A DNA stretch of 63,450 bases, the filler included, from Octopus bimaculoides (lineage: Eukaryota), in the NCBI RefSeq assembly GCF_001194135.2. It is 5 parts of 5 records of this genome, joined end to end, with 100 filler letters (N's around TTAATTAATTAA, not from the genome) between each part and the next. Parts side by side here need not be neighbours in the genome. Positions count along the whole stretch, not along the records: positions 59,497 to 63,450 come from NC_068981.1; 4 more parts are not named here. One strand, written 5' to 3'. The notes under the pieces were generated by a model. The model was given only the letters and a program-made list of their open reading frames with translations, searched no databases and was not told the DNA's origin. Position numbers and translations under genes: made by a program. This document shows positions 60,068 to 63,450 of the stretch, one piece after another (position 1 is the first letter of the stretch; the number at the start of each line of letters is the position of its first letter).

Positions 60068-60979
60068 AACGCGGTTAGCTTTGAACATTTTTGACAAAAT
60101 TTGGTATTATAGAAGTTATTTCCTCTTAGGGCTAGGGTTAGGGTCGTATTTGGATAATTTCAACCAATCAACGTCGTGTATTCGGTTGAAGAAAGCTACT
60201 GCTGTTTGCGATAACAATCGAAGAGGAACTACTAAATGTCACTACTCTGTTCTATTTTATTTATTGTTTACTGCCTGCGTTGCACGCTTTTTTTTTCATT
60301 TGGTTCTCGAAGAATCATCACCAGGAAAGGAGAACTATTATTTACATATACGTATTCGATTGCCCGCTATCGGTGTATTATTCACGCATAAATCCCACCG
60401 GTGTTTAAAAGACTTATAGAGCTACGAGTCCGCAGCTAACGTTTTTGTTGTTGACGTATATGTAGTTTCAAAACGCCTTATTTTTCAACTATGAGATGTA
60501 TTGTTATTGTCATGATTTTATCTTACTATAATCAACAACAAACAGATTTCGTCAATATAAAAGTCTTTATTAATTAAAAAATAACATTATTAAAACATGA
60601 AGGCAAAACAAAATAAATAACGGCTTATACACCGGAAAATACGGTAATTGTAGTGGCAGTAACAAACTGGCTCGCTGGTTGCTAGTTGATAATGTGGAAG
60701 GATGGGAAAAGACTAAGGAATGCACGGTACTGACTAGAAAGGAAGAAAGGATAAATGTTGCATCTTCTTCGCTCGTCACACGAATAGAACAGAGTGGTGA
60801 CATTTAGTAGAGGTGACCTGGAAGTCATTCCTCTTCGATTATTATCGCAAACAGCTGTAGATTTCTTCAAATGAATACATGTCGTTGATTGGTTGAAATT
60901 ACCGAAATACGACAACTTTAACACGAAATAACTTCTAAAATATCAAAGTTTGTCAAAACTTTTCTAAGTAAACCGTGTT
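60068..60979. repeat. Long inverted repeat, ~190-bp arms (60068-60256 / 60783-60979)
   Basis: AATTTCAACCAATCAACG...GCTGTTTGCGATAA(C/T)AATCGAAGAGGAA shared in opposite orientation. Confidence 0.85.
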
Positions 60980-61206
60980 CGGCTCCTCCACTCCTATTAC
61001 ATGAAACCCATAGCTTCCAAAAATGTTGTTCACAAGAACACAGCTTTGCTACACAACATGAAAATCAACATACTGAAAGCTGATTTTGTTAGGATAATGA
61101 ACAACGTGTCCCCACTATGAGACAAAGAAACATGTACAGAACTTCATGCACCGCATGCAATTCTCTGTTTAGCACATATGCATGTGTCAATGTCTAAAAA
61201 GATCTG

Positions 61207-61715
61207 CTAAGATATTCTGATACTGGAGGAGGTGTGTGCATGTATGAAAGACCAATCAACATGGGATAGCTCTCTTATGATTGCGTCCCAGTCGGCATCA
61301 TAAAGATCCACGGTATCAAATGGGTGGGCTGGGGAGAGGTCACTAGGGTTAGCCTTCTGCTGGTGGAATCTCAGGTAATTGTAAACAATATCATTGTCTG
61401 AGGGAAGGGTTTTTTCCACTGTAATATTGTATAATAGTGTGGTTATTAAACACAAGTTCTAAAATTTTATGATACCTTGTTGGTGCAAGGACAAGTTGGG
61501 ACAACAAAAACTCTTTCATAAAATCGAGAAGTAAATTTACTGTTTCTTTGTCAGCGGTTGAGATGAGAGTGCCTGATTACAAACTGTTTGTAGACCAATC
61601 AACACAGGGGAGATTAAAATATCCTATCATAATTATGTTATTAGAATGGGACTGTTGAATAAAGTACTTAATGTTGTTGAGGCATTCATTAAAACGCAGT
61701 AAAAAAGAATGTGTT
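61207..61715 (-). mobile_element. CR1/L2-group LINE APE fragment
   Basis: NIIMIGYFNLPCVDW...SQLVLAPTR...ILELVF; PSDNDIV; DADWDAIIRELSHVDW. Confidence 0.8.
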
Positions 61716-61729
61716 TTAATATTATATGC

Positions 61730-63060
61730 TTTCCCCTTTTGCTATACGTAAAGTTAATCTTATGTCGACATTTTTTTTCTCTCTCTTCAATACTGGTCAA
61801 TAATACCTCACTCAACTAGAGTATTTTCATAAACTCTGTTGTGCATAATAATCACATTTTATTACCTATTCTATATGACTTCGCTCTACAAATGATATTC
61901 GAATTAAGGGTGTATTCTATTTTATTAGATTTCAACTCCCATATGTATTTACTTAGACCCATCGAATTTAATGATTTGGAATTTTTGAAAGATTGATAAT
62001 GCTGGGAAATTCTTCTTTTAATTTCGTTCGCTGTGGATCCTATATATTCTTTCTTATTATCATTAGGGGTTAGTGAACATTTATAAATTGCGTTATCTAA
62101 TTATTATATATCCTACATTTGAATTTGTCTTTACATATAAATTTATTTAAAATACGATTATGTTTTTTGTTTGTTATATTTCTTCCACAGCTATCGTTAA
62201 TATTAGTTAAATTGTTATTATGGAATTTGTTAAATTTGACATTGTTTATTAGGGATATAATATTACTTACATTACTTGTTATAGAATAGCCCACTGTGAT
62301 AGTTTCGTTTGAGAATATTTTCGAGTACGTTGTCTTCTCGTTAAAGGATGTTTTTATTATGTTCAGAATTTCTTTAATTAAGTTGGTTTTTATTTGGACC
62401 TCATAAGGCATAATTAACAATATAATTTCCTTATGTTTATTATTATTATTAATATTACTATTATTATAATTCTTCTTATTATTTTTGTTCATTGTCAGTG
62501 TATTCTTCGTTGGTATATAATAATTATGCTTATTTCCATTCGAATTGTTGTTGGTATTATCCATACTATGATCATTTTATTATTATTTTTATTTATGCGT
62601 ATATTATAATTATTTTCATTCATTTCCTTATATTGTTTATTATTATATTTGCCATTACACCTATAGTTGGTTTGAGCGTTAGTATGATTACTAGTATTAT
62701 TATTGGGTCCGTAATTATTAAAGAATTTAATTTTTGTATTATATCCTGTTTCTTTTAATGAACTATTACAGTAAGAGGCATGTTTATTGAAAGTATCTAT
62801 ATCTGAGGCTAACATAGAAATTCTTTTACTTATATTTTCTATTGGTGTTTTTTTGACTGAGCTAGGATAGGTTCTATAGACATTAAAGTACTTAAGGTTC
62901 TCATTTAATTTATGGAATGGTTGGGTTTTATTAGTTACTAAGTTTAGGTTTGCATCTAAGTAGTTAACTACTTTCTCTATAAATATATCTAAACCATAAT
63001 TCTTAAAGAATTTGTATAGTTTTTTCTTTATATTTTCTAATGATCTATTAGACTAACAAC
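61730..63060 (-). mobile_element. Penelope-like element: RT C-terminus plus GIY-YIG endonuclease, decayed
   Basis: VNYLDANLNL...KRISMLASDIDTFNK...KETGY; IKTNLIKEILNII...VGYS; AIYKCSL...KEYIGSTANEIKRRISQH...LSKYIWELK...KCRHK. Confidence 0.9.
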
Positions 63061-63450
63061 AGGTAAGTTACATATATTTTTCAAATATCTTTTCAAATAA
63101 TTTTATTGTATTTTATAGTAGGATTTCTAAATGCTTATATCATTTTATAGTTATTATTATTTTATTGGTGTTGTGTCGACGCCCTCAGGCGAAGAAGTAG
63201 GACCTCCCAAGACATAAAAATAGAGGTAGTATGGCCGTGGTATGAGTGTTGAGTAGCAGTCGAGTAGCAGTTGTGTAGTGGTTGAGTAGAAAACATCCAA
63301 AGGTGCTAGGTAGCAGTAGCTTGAGACATAACAATTGGATATAACTTCCTATGTGCATTCCACACAATAAGGTTATCCCGAAATAGGAATTGCGGTTCTA
63401 TTGGTAAAATCCCAAATTTGTAATAATACTATATATATATATATATATAT

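Noticed and set aside
61800-63150. Organellar insertion or AT-rich contaminant
   Set aside because: Translates to PLE RT-thumb and GIY-YIG motifs under the standard code.

Overview
Eukaryotic, repeat-saturated draft-assembly sequence with many N gaps; it begins and ends in (AT)n and may be a whole scaffold. The microsatellite density and recurring tRNA-derived SINE families suggest an octopus (coleoid) genome, which is inference from memory and not a database result. No host protein-coding gene can be identified with confidence; only isolated candidate exons are seen. Recognisable content is decayed transposons: Tx1/L1-like ORF1, RTE, CR1-group, R4/Dong-like RLE LINEs, three different Penelope-like (PLE) fragments, DD37D Tc1/mariner derivatives, MITEs, and at least five SINE-like modules. 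The two most notable signals: (1) at 740-2951 a tRNA-derived SINE is split at one site by TWO different short non-LTR elements in tandem, separated by three copies of a 14-bp target duplication (AGAAGCTTGCTTCC), suggesting a SINE-targeting, sequence-specific retrotransposon system with non-autonomous members; (2) several minimal type-I hammerhead-ribozyme motifs with palindromic helix III (best at 25918-25963, plus a tandem pair at 22241-22624 that may fold as a dimer). All translations and alignments were done by eye, and boundaries not tied to a quoted motif are approximate.
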